Sequence record: MZ311865.1
Strand: one strand, 5' to 3'
Length of the DNA: 64,000 nucleotides
DNA from: Escherichia phage vB_EcoM_LNA2
The position numbers and the translations under genes were made by a program. The notes below the pieces were generated by a model. It did not search any database and had not been told where the DNA came from. It worked only from the letters and a program-made list of their open reading frames with translations. Of the stretch, positions 12,186 to 24,579 are shown one piece after another. The first letter of the stretch is position 1. Every line of letters starts with the position of its first letter.

Positions 12186-12950
12186 ATGGCAACTTATGAT
12201 AAAAATCTTTTCGCCAAACTAGAAAATCGCGGTGGGTATTCTCAGACAAATGAGACCGAAATCCTCAATCCATTTGTCAATTTTAATAACTATGAGAATA
12301 GTCAGACATTAGCCGATGTTCTAGTGGCAGAAAGCATACAGATGCGCGGTATTGAATGTTTTTATGTTCCACGTGAATATGTTGCCGTGGACCTTATCTT
12401 TGGTGAGGATCTTAAAAATAAATTTACTAAAGCATGGAAATTTGCTGCATATCTGAACTCTTTTGAAGGTTATGAAGGAGCGAAATCGTTCTTCAGCAAC
12501 TTCGGAATGCAAGTTCAAGACGAAGTTACATTATCTATTAACCCGGGTCTTTTCAAACACCAGGTCAACAATCAGGAGCCTAAGGAAGGTGATTTAATAT
12601 ACTTCCCAATGGATAACAGTTTGTTTGAGATTAACTGGGTTGAACCATATGACCCATTCTATCAAGTAGGTAAAAATGCGATTCGTAAAATTACTGCAGG
12701 CAAGTTTATTTACTCTGGCGAAGAAATCAATCCGGTGCTTCAGAAAAATGAAGGTATCAATATACCTGAATTTAGTGACTTGGAACTTAACCCTGTTAGA
12801 AATCTTGACGGTATCCATGACATTAATATCGATGAATATTCTGAAGTTGAGCAAATCAATTCAGAGGCAAGTGAATACGTTGAGCCGTATGTAGTAGTTA
12901 ACAACCGTGGTAGACAAAATTCACCATTTGACGATGGGTTTATGAATTAA
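12186..12950 (+). CDS. 14: Neck protein gp14
   Basis: 254 aa; T4 synteny. Confidence 0.92.
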   Translation: MATYDKNLFAKLENRGGYSQTNETEILNPFVNFNNYENSQTLADVLVAESIQMRGIECFYVPREYVAVDLIFGEDLKNKFTKAWKFAAYLNSFEGYEGAKSFFSNFGMQVQDEVTLSINPGLFKHQVNNQEPKEGDLIYFPMDNSLFEINWVEPYDPFYQVGKNAIRKITAGKFIYSGEEINPVLQKNEGINIPEFSDLELNPVRNLDGIHDINIDEYSEVEQINSEASEYVEPYVVVNNRGRQNSPFDDGFMN

Positions 12951-12999
12951 TAAATAGATAAGATAAAGCAAACACCGGTCGAAAGGCCGGTTAGGAGAA

Positions 13000-13824
13000 A
13001 TGATGTTTGGTTATTTTTACAACTCGTCGTTCAGGCGATATATCACAATGATGGGCGATTTGTTTTCAAATATCCAAGTTAACCGTCAATTGTCTACAGG
13101 CAATAAATTAATTAGAGTTCCTATTACGTACGCATCTAAAGAGCACTTTATGATGAAACTTAATAAATGGACCTCTATAAACTCACAAGAAGATGTGGCT
13201 AAAGTCGAAACTATTCTACCGCGTATAAATCTTCAAATGGTAGATTTCGTTTATAACCCAACGTTTAAAACGAATATATTGAATAACTCTCTTTTGAGTA
13301 AATCGACTAAGGATATTGTAGACCAATACAACCCATCACCAATTAAAATGATTTTTGAACTGAGCATCTTTACTCGTTATGAAGATGATATGTTCCAAAT
13401 CGTTGAGCAAATTATTCCATATTTTCAGCCGCATTTTAATACGACTATGATTGAGCAATATGGGCAGGATATTCCATTTGAAAGGGATATTAAAGTCGTA
13501 TGGATGGCAGCAGCAATGGATGAACAAATAGACGGTGATAATTTATCCCGTCGACGTTTAGAGTGGTCATTAACATTTGAAGTAAATGGATGGATGTATC
13601 CTCCGGTAGGCGCAGCTGAAGGCCTTATTAAAACGACTTATCTTGATTTTCATGCTAATGAACGAGACCTTCAAACAGCCGCCAGCGTTTTTGAATCAGT
13701 TGATACAGAAATTAAACCGAGAGACGTTGAAGCCCAAGATTGGAATGGTGAAGTTGAACAAACTTATACTCATGATATTCCAATCCCGACTCCACCAACC
13801 CCTCCTGGTCCTAGAAAACAATAA
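13000..13824 (+). CDS. 15: Tail sheath stabiliser / tail completion protein gp15
   Basis: 274 aa; N-terminus MMFGYFYNSSFRRY... resembles T4 gp15. Confidence 0.94.
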   Translation: MMFGYFYNSSFRRYITMMGDLFSNIQVNRQLSTGNKLIRVPITYASKEHFMMKLNKWTSINSQEDVAKVETILPRINLQMVDFVYNPTFKTNILNNSLLSKSTKDIVDQYNPSPIKMIFELSIFTRYEDDMFQIVEQIIPYFQPHFNTTMIEQYGQDIPFERDIKVVWMAAAMDEQIDGDNLSRRRLEWSLTFEVNGWMYPPVGAAEGLIKTTYLDFHANERDLQTAASVFESVDTEIKPRDVEAQDWNGEVEQTYTHDIPIPTPPTPPGPRKQ

Positions 13825-13833
13825 GAGGTAAAT

Positions 13834-16150
<2,317 letters not shown>

Positions 16151-16177
16151 AAATAAAGCAAATTAAGAGGAATTAAA

Positions 16178-18160
16178 ATGGCACTTCTCTCTCCGGGCGT
16201 TGAGCTCAAAGAAACTACCGTACAGAGTACTGTAGTTAATAACTCCACTGGTACTGCTGCCCTGGCTGGAAAATTCCAATGGGGACCTGCATTCCAGATT
16301 AAACAAATCACTGATGAAGTTGCATTAGTTGATATGTTTGGTACTCCTAATACAGATACAGCAGATTATTTCATGTCTGCTATGAACTTCCTTCAATATG
16401 GTAATGACCTTCGTGTTGTACGCGCAGTTGACCGTGATACTGCTAAGAACTCATCTCCTGTAGCAGGCAATATTGAATTCACAATCTCTGCTGCTGGTAG
16501 TAACTATGCAGTTGGTGATAAAATTATCGTTAAGTATTTGACCGAAACTGTTGAAGCAGATGGTTATGTCACTTCAGTTGATGTCGATGGTAAAATTCTT
16601 AACATTTATATCCCAACCGGTAAAATTATTGCTCGTGCAAAAGAAATTAATGAATATCCGGCATTGGGTTCTAACTGGACCGCCGAAGTTGCCAGTTCTT
16701 CTTCTGGACTTTCTGGCGTTATTACAATTGGTTCTATCGTAACCGATTCGGGTATTCTGTTAACTGAAGTTGAAACTTCTGAAGAAGCTATTACTTCTCT
16801 AACTTTCCAAGAATCTATTAAAAAATATGGTGTCCCAGGCGTAGTTGCTCTTTATCCTGGTGAACTTGGCGACCAGCTCGAAATTGAAATCGTATCTAAA
16901 GCAGACTACGACAAAGGTGCTTCAGCCCAGTTAAAAATTTATCCTGATGGTGGTACTCGCGCATCTACTGCTAAAGCAATATTTGGGTATGGCCCACAAA
17001 CTGATGACCAATATGCAATTATCGTTCGTCGTAACGATGCTGTAGTCCAGAGTGTAGTTCTTTCTACTAAACGCGGTGAACGCGATATTTATGGTAGTAA
17101 TATCTTTATTGATGATTTCTTTGCTAAAGGCGCAAGCAATTATATTTTCGCTACTGCACAAGGTTGGCCAAAAGGTTTCTCTGGCGTAATCAAACTGGGT
17201 GGTGGCTTATCATCTAATGAAACGGTTGACGCTGGTGATTTAATGGAAGCTTGGGATTTGTTTGCTGACCGCGAATCTGTTAATGCGCAGTTGTTTATTG
17301 CAGGTTCTTGTGCAGGTGAATCTTTAGAAGTTGCTTCTACAGTTCAGAAACATGTTGTAGCAATTGGTGATTCTCGCCAAGATTGCTTGGTTCTTTGCTC
17401 ACCGCCACGTGCAACTATAGTCGGTATTCCTGTTAATCGTGCAGTTGATAATCTGGTTGATTGGCGTACTGCGTCAGGAACTTACACTGATAATAACTTT
17501 AATGTAAGTTCTACTTATGCCGCTATTGACGGTAACTATAAATATCAATATGATAAATATAACGATGTGAATCGTTGGGTTCCGTTAGCTGCTGATATCG
17601 CCGGTCTTTGTGCTCGCACAGACAATATTTCTCAGCCTTGGATGTCTCCTGCTGGCTATAATCGTGGACAAATTCTTAACGTTATTAAGCTTGCAATTGA
17701 AACTCGTCAACCACAACGTGATCGTTTGTATCAGGAAGCTATTAACCCTGTTACTGGTACCGGTGGTGATGGGTATGTTCTGTACGGTGATAAAACTGCC
17801 ACTTCTGTTCCTTCACCATTTGACCGTATTAACGTTCGTCGTTTGTTCAATATGGTTAAAACGAACATTGGTTCAGCATCCAAATATCGCCTGTTTGAAT
17901 TGAACAACGCATTTACCCGTTCTTCTTTCCGTACAGAGACTTCTCAATATCTACAGGGTATTAAAGCTCTCGGTGGTGTATATAACTTTAAAGTTGTTTG
18001 TGATACTACCAATAACACCCCAGCAGTTATCGACCGTAATGAATTTGTAGCTACTTTCTACTTACAACCTGCCCGCTCGATAAATTATATTACGTTGAAC
18101 TTTGTAGCAACAGCAACAGGTGCCGATTTCGACGAACTGATTGGTGCTGTAGGTGGTTAA
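16178..18160 (+). CDS. 18: Contractile tail sheath protein gp18
   Basis: 660 aa; RBS AAGAGG; late promoter upstream; T4 synteny. Confidence 0.95.
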   Translation: MALLSPGVELKETTVQSTVVNNSTGTAALAGKFQWGPAFQIKQITDEVALVDMFGTPNTDTADYFMSAMNFLQYGNDLRVVRAVDRDTAKNSSPVAGNIEFTISAAGSNYAVGDKIIVKYLTETVEADGYVTSVDVDGKILNIYIPTGKIIARAKEINEYPALGSNWTAEVASSSSGLSGVITIGSIVTDSGILLTEVETSEEAITSLTFQESIKKYGVPGVVALYPGELGDQLEIEIVSKADYDKGASAQLKIYPDGGTRASTAKAIFGYGPQTDDQYAIIVRRNDAVVQSVVLSTKRGERDIYGSNIFIDDFFAKGASNYIFATAQGWPKGFSGVIKLGGGLSSNETVDAGDLMEAWDLFADRESVNAQLFIAGSCAGESLEVASTVQKHVVAIGDSRQDCLVLCSPPRATIVGIPVNRAVDNLVDWRTASGTYTDNNFNVSSTYAAIDGNYKYQYDKYNDVNRWVPLAADIAGLCARTDNISQPWMSPAGYNRGQILNVIKLAIETRQPQRDRLYQEAINPVTGTGGDGYVLYGDKTATSVPSPFDRINVRRLFNMVKTNIGSASKYRLFELNNAFTRSSFRTETSQYLQGIKALGGVYNFKVVCDTTNNTPAVIDRNEFVATFYLQPARSINYITLNFVATATGADFDELIGAVGG

Positions 18161-18173
18161 TAAGACGCCTGAT

Positions 18174-18191
18174 GGGCTATTTCGGTAGCCC
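18174..18191 (+). other. Hairpin after gene 18, directly abutting the gene 19 late promoter
   Basis: GGGCUA-UUUCGG-UAGCCC inverted repeat. Confidence 0.5.
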
Positions 18192-18192
18192 A

Positions 18193-18200
18193 TATAAATA
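18193..18200 (+). promoter_or_regulatory. Late promoter for gene 19
   Basis: Exact TATAAATA in the 18-19 intergenic region. Confidence 0.65.
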
Positions 18201-18272
18201 TACTATATCGTTTAAAAATTAATTCTATGGGCATCAGGTTAATCCTAAGCCCATATTACTACAGAGGCTAAT

Positions 18273-18764
18273 ATGTTTGTAGATGACGTAACTCGTGCCT
18301 TCGAATCAGGTGATTTCGCACGCCCTAACCTGTTCGAAGTAGAAATCTCTTATCTTGGGCAAAACTTTAGCTTCCAGTGTCGTGCTACGGCTCTTCCTGC
18401 TGCGATCGTTGAAAAGGTTCCTGTTTCTTATATGAACCGTAAAATTAACGTGGCTGGTGATCGTACATTCGATGATTGGACTATTACAGTAATGAACGAT
18501 GATGCTCATAGCATTCGTCAGAAATTTGTTGATTGGCAAGGTATTGCAGCAGGACAAGGTAATGAAATTACCGGTGGTAAACCTGCTGAATATAAAAAGA
18601 CTGCTATCGTTCGTCAATTTGCTCGTGATGCTAAAACGGTCACTAAAGAAGTTGAAATTGTCGGCTTGTGGCCTACTAACGTTGGCGAAGTATCTCTTGA
18701 CTGGGACAGCAATAACGAGATTGAAACGTTCGAAGTAACTCTTGCTCTTGATTGGTGGGAATAA
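18273..18764 (+). CDS. 19: Tail tube protein gp19
   Basis: 163 aa, same as T4 gp19; synteny. Confidence 0.95.
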   Translation: MFVDDVTRAFESGDFARPNLFEVEISYLGQNFSFQCRATALPAAIVEKVPVSYMNRKINVAGDRTFDDWTITVMNDDAHSIRQKFVDWQGIAAGQGNEITGGKPAEYKKTAIVRQFARDAKTVTKEVEIVGLWPTNVGEVSLDWDSNNEIETFEVTLALDWWE

Positions 18765-18771
18765 TCTGGTT

Positions 18772-18785
18772 GGGGAGAAATCCCC
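18772..18785 (+). other. Hairpin after gene 19
   Basis: GGGGA-GAAA-UCCCC. Confidence 0.5.
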
Positions 18786-18812
18786 AGCTTCCCGTGATGA
18801 CGGAGAAGTCCA

Positions 18813-18820
18813 TATAAATA
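18813..18820 (+). promoter_or_regulatory. Late promoter for gene 20
   Basis: Exact TATAAATA about 30 bp before the gene 20 ATG. Confidence 0.7.
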
Positions 18821-18848
18821 TAACTATAATTCCCATTCGGAGAATACA

Positions 18849-20420
18849 ATGAAATTTAATATCTTAAGTTTGTTTGCTCCATGGGCAAAAATGGACGAAC
18901 GTGATTACAAAGACCAAGAAAAAGAAAATTTAGAATCTATCACCACACCAAAATTAGACGATGGTGCTAAAGAATACGAAGTATCTGAAAATGAAGCACA
19001 GCAAACATATAATGCTATGTTTCAGAGAATGTTTGGTAGTCAAGAACCAGGGCTCAAATCAACCCGTGAATTAATCGATACGTATCGAAATTTGATGACG
19101 AACTATGAAGTGGATAATGCAGTCTCTGAAATAGTTTCCGATGCTATCGTATATGAAGATGATACAGAAGTCGTTTCTATAAATTTAGACAACACAAAAT
19201 TTAGTCCAAATATAAAATCAATGATGTTGGATGAATTTAACGAAGTGTTGAATCATTTATCTTTCCAACGTAAAGGTTCAGACCATTTTAGACGTTGGTA
19301 CGTAGATTCTCGAATTTTCTTCCATAAAATTATTGACCCTAAACGCCCTAAAGAAGGTATTAAAGAGCTTCGTCGTTTAGACCCACGTCAAGTTCAATAT
19401 GTCCGTGAAGTTATTACAACCACTGAAGCCGGTGTTAAAATAGTCAAGGGTTATAAAGAATATTTCATTTATGACACATCACACGAATCTTATGCTTGTG
19501 ATGGTCGCATATATGAAGCTGGCACAAAAATAAAAATCCCTAAAGCCGCGATTGTTTATGCCCATTCTGGTTTAGTTGATTGTTGTGGTAAAAATATCAT
19601 CGGTTATTTGCATCGGGCTATTAAGCCGGCGAACCAATTAAAACTTCTTGAAGATGCCGTCGTAATTTATCGTATTACTCGTGCTCCTGATCGTCGTGTA
19701 TGGTACGTTGATACAGGTAATATGCCTTCAAGAAAAGCAGCAGAACATATGCAGCATGTTATGAATACGATGAAAAACCGTATTGCATATGATGCTACTA
19801 CAGGCAAGATTAAAAACCAGCAGCATATTATGTCGATGACCGAAGATTATTGGTTACAACGACGTGATGGTAAAGCAGTAACAGAAGTTGACACATTACC
19901 AGGTGCAGATAATACTGGAAATATGGAAGATGTACGTTGGTTCCGTAATGCGCTTTATATGGCTTTACGTATTCCTATTACCCGTATTCCAAGCGACCAA
20001 GGTGGTATACAGTTTGATGCTGGTACTTCTATTACACGAGATGAATTATCATTTGGTAAATTTATTCGTGAGCTGCAACATAAATTTGAAGAGATATTCC
20101 TAGACCCGCTTAAAACTAATTTAATTCTTAAAGGAATTATTACAGAAGATGAGTGGAATGATGAAATAAATAATATTAAGATAAAATTTCATCGGGATAG
20201 TTATTTCTCGGAATTAAAGGATGCTGAGATTCTGGAGCGTCGCATTAATATGCTTCAGATGGCCGAACCATTTATTGGTAAATATATTTCTCACAGAACA
20301 GCTATGAAAGATATTCTTCAGATGTCTGACGAGGAAATTGAACAAGAGGCTAAGCAAATTGAAGAAGAGTCGAAAGAGGCTCGTTTCCAAGACCCCGACC
20401 AAGAACAAGAGGATTTTTAA
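18849..20420 (+). CDS. 20: Portal vertex protein gp20
   Basis: 523 aa; late promoter and RBS upstream; T4 synteny. Confidence 0.95.
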   Translation: MKFNILSLFAPWAKMDERDYKDQEKENLESITTPKLDDGAKEYEVSENEAQQTYNAMFQRMFGSQEPGLKSTRELIDTYRNLMTNYEVDNAVSEIVSDAIVYEDDTEVVSINLDNTKFSPNIKSMMLDEFNEVLNHLSFQRKGSDHFRRWYVDSRIFFHKIIDPKRPKEGIKELRRLDPRQVQYVREVITTTEAGVKIVKGYKEYFIYDTSHESYACDGRIYEAGTKIKIPKAAIVYAHSGLVDCCGKNIIGYLHRAIKPANQLKLLEDAVVIYRITRAPDRRVWYVDTGNMPSRKAAEHMQHVMNTMKNRIAYDATTGKIKNQQHIMSMTEDYWLQRRDGKAVTEVDTLPGADNTGNMEDVRWFRNALYMALRIPITRIPSDQGGIQFDAGTSITRDELSFGKFIRELQHKFEEIFLDPLKTNLILKGIITEDEWNDEINNIKIKFHRDSYFSELKDAEILERRINMLQMAEPFIGKYISHRTAMKDILQMSDEEIEQEAKQIEEESKEARFQDPDQEQEDF

Positions 20421-20659
20421 TGGACGATTTAATTCAAGCTATTAAATCAAACGACCTCGTTGCTACTCGAAAGTTTTTTGAAAGTGCAATGGCAGAAAAA
20501 ACGGTTCGTTTGATTGAAGCACGCAAAGCAGAAATCGCTTCTCAATTTTTGATTGAAGGCGAAGAACCTGAAGAAGAAGAAAAGAAAGCTAAAGCTTCGG
20601 AAGACGACGCTGATGAAGGCGATGACGACGAAGACGAAGATGATGAGGACGATGAATAA
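20420..20659 (+). CDS. 67: Prohead core protein gp67
   Basis: 79 aa with acidic D/E-rich C-terminus; position after portal as in T4. Confidence 0.9.
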   Translation: MDDLIQAIKSNDLVATRKFFESAMAEKTVRLIEARKAEIASQFLIEGEEPEEEEKKAKASEDDADEGDDDEDEDDEDDE

Positions 20660-21084
20660 TGTATCTTATCCCTGAATCTTATGAATTGGTACTCGAAAAT
20701 GTCGAAGCACTTATTCCTGAAGCACAGGGCCGAATCGATGCATTGTCTTCTGCTCTCGATATTGACGATATAAATACTATTATCGAGAACATGCTTGAAA
20801 CTGAAACGGATTTAGCTGTTGCAATGGCTTCCATTATTAATGAAGAACAGTTAAATGAGTTTATCGTTAAACATGTTTCTTCTCGTGGTGAAGTCACCCG
20901 CACTAAAGACCGTAAAACTCGTGAACGTAACGCGTTCCAAACAACCGGACTTTCTAAAGCAAAACGTAGACAAATCGCTCGTAAGGTCGTTAAAGCTAAA
21001 AAAGCTAACCCTTCAGGCCAAGTTAAAGGCCTGCGTAAGCGTAAAAAAGCTCTTAAACGTCGTAAAGCATTAGGATTAAGCTAA
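20659..21084 (+). CDS. 68: Prohead core protein gp68
   Basis: 141 aa, basic K/R-rich C-terminus; T4 synteny. Confidence 0.9.
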   Translation: MYLIPESYELVLENVEALIPEAQGRIDALSSALDIDDINTIIENMLETETDLAVAMASIINEEQLNEFIVKHVSSRGEVTRTKDRKTRERNAFQTTGLSKAKRRQIARKVVKAKKANPSGQVKGLRKRKKALKRRKALGLS

Positions 21085-21725
21085 TGAATAAACCCGAGTT
21101 ACTTATTGAAACTTGGGGTCAACCCGGTGAGATTATTGATGGCGTTCCAATGTTGGAATCTCATGATGGAAAAGATTCTGGCTTAAAACCAGGGCTTTAT
21201 ATAGAAGGTATTTTTCTTCAGGCAGAGGTTGTTAACCGAAATAAACGTTTATATCCTAAACGCGTTTTGGAAAAAGCAGTAAGTGACTATATTAAAGAAC
21301 AAGTCGCAACCAAACAAGCCCTTGGAGAATTAAACCATCCACCTCGCGCAAATGTTGACCCTATGCAAGCCGCTATCATTATTGAAGATATGTGGTGGAA
21401 AGGAAACGATGTATATGGACGCGCTAGAATTATTGAAGGCGACCACGGTCCCGGTGATAAATTAGCTGCTAATATACGAGCTGGTTGGATTCCAGGTGTT
21501 TCCTCTCGTGGTCTTGGTTCTTTAACCGACACCAATAAAGGGTACCGTATCGTGAACGAAGGATTTAAATTAACCGTCGGTGTAGATGCCGTATGGGGGC
21601 CTTCTGCTCCAGATGCTTGGGTTACTCCTAAACAAATATCAGAATCAGAAAATTCGGTGGAAATCACCAAAAACAGTGCTGATGAAGCATTTAAAGCTCT
21701 CGCAGAGAGTTTAAAAGCATTATAA
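21084..21725 (+). CDS. 21: Prohead core protease gp21
   Basis: 213 aa; T4 synteny and length. Confidence 0.94.
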   Translation: MNKPELLIETWGQPGEIIDGVPMLESHDGKDSGLKPGLYIEGIFLQAEVVNRNKRLYPKRVLEKAVSDYIKEQVATKQALGELNHPPRANVDPMQAAIIIEDMWWKGNDVYGRARIIEGDHGPGDKLAANIRAGWIPGVSSRGLGSLTDTNKGYRIVNEGFKLTVGVDAVWGPSAPDAWVTPKQISESENSVEITKNSADEAFKALAESLKAL

Positions 21726-21728
21726 ATA
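21721..21728 (+). promoter_or_regulatory. Late promoter for gene 22
   Basis: Exact TATAAATA overlapping the gene 21 stop. Confidence 0.7.
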
Positions 21729-21758
21729 ATAATGTAATCTAAACCACAGGACACTAAA

Positions 21759-22571
21759 ATGATCAAAGAACAACTTTTGAAAGAAGCTCAGAATATCGAG
21801 ACTTCAGTTGCTCTTAATAGTGTTTTCGAATCAGTAGAACTGTCTCCGGACGTTAAAGCTAATTTCAGCACTGTATTCGAAGCCACCGTTAAGCAGGAAG
21901 CAGTCAAACTAGCTGAATCTCATATCAAAGCTATCGCCGAAAAAGCCGAAGAAGAAGTTGAAAAGGCTAAAGAAGATGCTGAAGAGAAAGCTGATAAAAA
22001 ATTGGCTGAACAAGCTTCTAAATTCCTAGACCATCTTGCAAAAGAATGGCTCGCAGAAAACCAAATCGCAGTTGATAAAGGCATTAAAGCTGATTTGTTC
22101 GAATCCATGCTTGGTGGTCTGAAAGAACTGTTTGTTGAACATAACGTTGTTGTTCCAGAAGAATCTGTAGATGTTGTAGCAGAAATGGAAGAAGAGCTGG
22201 CCGAACATAAAGAAGAAACCGCTCGTTTGTTCGAAGAAGTTACCAAACGTGATGCATATATCAATTACGTTCAGCGTGAAACCGCTATTAATGAAAGCGT
22301 AAAAGACCTGACTGAATCTCAGAAAGAAAAAGTTATTGGCCTGGTTGAAGGTATGGATTATTCTGACGCATTTGGTACTAAGTTAACTGCTATTGTAGAA
22401 ATGGTTAAAGGTTCTACTAAAGAAGAAGCCGCTATTACCGAAAGTATAAATACAGTTGACAATGACGCTGCCGGTCTTAATTTTGTTGCCGAAGCAGTTG
22501 ACACTACCACAACTCAGGTAGAACAGAATTCTAATGTAAGTTTATATGCGAAAGTCGCATCTCGTTTCTAA
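21759..22571 (+). CDS. 22: Prohead core scaffold protein gp22
   Basis: 270 aa, E/K-rich alpha-helical composition; T4 synteny. Confidence 0.94.
   Translation: MIKEQLLKEAQNIETSVALNSVFESVELSPDVKANFSTVFEATVKQEAVKLAESHIKAIAEKAEEEVEKAKEDAEEKADKKLAEQASKFLDHLAKEWLAENQIAVDKGIKADLFESMLGGLKELFVEHNVVVPEESVDVVAEMEEELAEHKEETARLFEEVTKRDAYINYVQRETAINESVKDLTESQKEKVIGLVEGMDYSDAFGTKLTAIVEMVKGSTKEEAAITESINTVDNDAAGLNFVAEAVDTTTTQVEQNSNVSLYAKVASRF
22445..22452 (+). promoter_or_regulatory. Candidate late promoter for gene 23, inside the 3' end of gene 22
   Basis: Exact TATAAATA about 140 bp upstream of the gene 23 ATG; none in the short 22-23 spacer. Confidence 0.4.
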
Positions 22572-22588
22572 TTTAAAGGTTAACACAA

Positions 22589-24157
22589 ATGACTACTATC
22601 AAAACTAAAGCTCAGCTCGTAGACAAATGGAAAGAACTGCTGGAAGGTGAAGGCCTGCCGGAAATCGCTAATAGCAAGCAGGCTATTATCGCTAAAATCT
22701 TCGAAAACCAGGAAAAAGATTTCGAAGTATCCCCTGAATATAAAGACGAGAAAATCGCTCAGGCATTTGGTTCTTTCTTGACCGAAGCTGAAATTGGTGG
22801 TGACCATGGTTATAATGCTCAGAACATCGCAGCAGGTCAAACCTCTGGTGCAGTAACCCAAATTGGGCCGGCAGTTATGGGTATGGTTCGTCGTGCTATT
22901 CCTAATCTGATCGCTTTTGATATTTGTGGTGTTCAGCCTATGAACAGCCCGACCGGTCAGGTATTTGCTCTCCGTGCAGTATATGGTAAAGACCCTATCG
23001 CTGCTGGCGCTAAAGAAGCTTTCCATCCGATGTATGCTCCAGATGCGATGTTCTCTGGTCAGGGTGCTGCTAAGAAATTCCCAGCTCTGGCTGCTGACAC
23101 TACTACTGTTGTAGGTGATATCTATACTCACTTCTTCCAAGAAACTGGTACTGTATATCTGCAAGCTTCTGCTGTCGTAACACTTGATTCTGGTGCAACT
23201 GATGCAGCTAAATTAGATGCAGAAGTTAAGAAACAAATGGAAGCTGGTGCACTGGTAGAAATCGCTGAAGGTATGGCTACTTCTATCGCTGAACTCCAGG
23301 AAGGTTTCAACGGTTCTACCGATAACCCATGGAATGAAATGGGCTTCCGTATCGATAAACAAGTTATCGAAGCTAAATCTCGCCAGCTGAAAGCTGCTTA
23401 CTCTATCGAATTAGCACAAGACCTCCGTGCAGTACACGGTATGGATGCTGATGCTGAACTGAGCGGTATTCTGGCTACAGAAATTATGCTAGAAATCAAC
23501 CGTGAAGTTGTTGATTGGATTAACTACTCAGCACAGGTCGGTAAATCTGGTATGACCCTGACTCCTGGTTCTAAAGCTGGTGTATTTGACTTCCAGGACC
23601 CGATTGATATCCGTGGTGCTCGTTGGGCCGGTGAAAGCTTTAAATCTCTGTTGTTCCAGATTGATAAAGAAGCAGTTGAAATTGCTCGTCAAACCGGCCG
23701 TGGTGAAGGTAACTTCATTATCGCTTCCCGTAACGTAGTTAACGTACTGGCTTCAGTTGATACTGGTATTTCTTACGCTGCACAGGGTCTGGCTTCTGGT
23801 TTTAATACCGACACTACTAAGTCTGTATTTGCCGGTGTACTTGGTGGTAAATACCGCGTATACATCGACCAGTATGCTAAACAGGATTACTTCACCGTTG
23901 GTTACAAAGGCGCTAACGAAATGGATGCAGGTATTTACTATGCTCCTTACGTTGCACTTACCCCACTGCGTGGTTCCGATCCTAAGAACTTCCAGCCGGT
24001 AATGGGCTTTAAAACTCGTTACGGTATCGGTGTTAACCCGTTTGCTGAAAGTTCCCTGCAGGCTCCAGGTGCTCGCATCCAGTCCGGTATGCCGTCTATC
24101 CTGAACAGCCTTGGTAAGAACGCTTACTTCCGCCGTGTATATGTAAAAGGCATCTAA
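22589..24157 (+). CDS. 23: Major capsid protein gp23
   Basis: 522 aa; T4 synteny; terminator hairpin downstream. Confidence 0.96.
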   Translation: MTTIKTKAQLVDKWKELLEGEGLPEIANSKQAIIAKIFENQEKDFEVSPEYKDEKIAQAFGSFLTEAEIGGDHGYNAQNIAAGQTSGAVTQIGPAVMGMVRRAIPNLIAFDICGVQPMNSPTGQVFALRAVYGKDPIAAGAKEAFHPMYAPDAMFSGQGAAKKFPALAADTTTVVGDIYTHFFQETGTVYLQASAVVTLDSGATDAAKLDAEVKKQMEAGALVEIAEGMATSIAELQEGFNGSTDNPWNEMGFRIDKQVIEAKSRQLKAAYSIELAQDLRAVHGMDADAELSGILATEIMLEINREVVDWINYSAQVGKSGMTLTPGSKAGVFDFQDPIDIRGARWAGESFKSLLFQIDKEAVEIARQTGRGEGNFIIASRNVVNVLASVDTGISYAAQGLASGFNTDTTKSVFAGVLGGKYRVYIDQYAKQDYFTVGYKGANEMDAGIYYAPYVALTPLRGSDPKNFQPVMGFKTRYGIGVNPFAESSLQAPGARIQSGMPSILNSLGKNAYFRRVYVKGI

Positions 24158-24181
24158 TCTTAATTGATTAAATCTTATTTT

Positions 24182-24206
24182 GGGAGACTTCGGTCTCCCA
24201 TTTTTG
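24182..24206. terminator. Bidirectional terminator between gene 23 and the convergent small early gene
   Basis: GGGAGAC-UUCG-GUCUCCC followed by TTTTTGGTTTT; lies between convergent stops. Confidence 0.8.
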
Positions 24207-24209
24207 GTT

Positions 24210-24479
24210 TTATTTCTGTGCAATTTTGATGTAAGTTTTCAAAATATTTTGCCAATTAGGCATACCTTCTTGGACATATGCCGGAGAACCGTCTTTGTTT
24301 TTGAATGATGCAAGTTTATCAGTGGCCCAATAACCTTTAGCTCGAGCTTCAGAATCAACTTTCATCCATACTTTGTTGAAGGCATTACCATTAACTTTTG
24401 CACTATATTTTTCTACTAACTTAACTGCTTCAGCTTCCAGAACTTTTAAAGTATCTCGTAAGAAACGTGCTTTAGTCAT
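24210..24479 (-). CDS. Hypothetical small protein, early gene embedded between capsid genes 23 and 24 (segD position in T4)
   Basis: 89 aa ORF with ATG, RBS AGGAG, own GTTTAC/-10 promoter upstream and a hairpin terminator downstream; no family recognised. Confidence 0.6.
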   Translation of the reverse strand: MTKARFLRDTLKVLEAEAVKLVEKYSAKVNGNAFNKVWMKVDSEARAKGYWATDKLASFKNKDGSPAYVQEGMPNWQNILKTYIKIAQK

Positions 24480-24509
24480 TTTGTTTACTCCTCTGTAGTT
24501 GATAAGTTT

Positions 24510-24539
24510 ATAGTATCACATACTAAATACGTTGTAAAC
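24510..24539 (-). promoter_or_regulatory. T4 early-type promoter for the small gene between 23 and 24
   Basis: Minus strand GTTTAC, 18 bp, TACTAT. Confidence 0.55.
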
Positions 24540-24545
24540 AATCTT

Positions 24546-24553
24546 TATAAATA
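24546..24553 (+). promoter_or_regulatory. Late promoter for gene 24
   Basis: Exact TATAAATA 27 bp before the gene 24 ATG. Confidence 0.7.
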
Positions 24554-24579
24554 ATCTATATCACATAAGGAAAAATGCA

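Noticed and set aside
22572-22588. Late promoter in the short spacer before gene 23
   Set aside because: No TATAAATA there; the nearest exact copy is 140 bp upstream inside gene 22 and is listed with low confidence.
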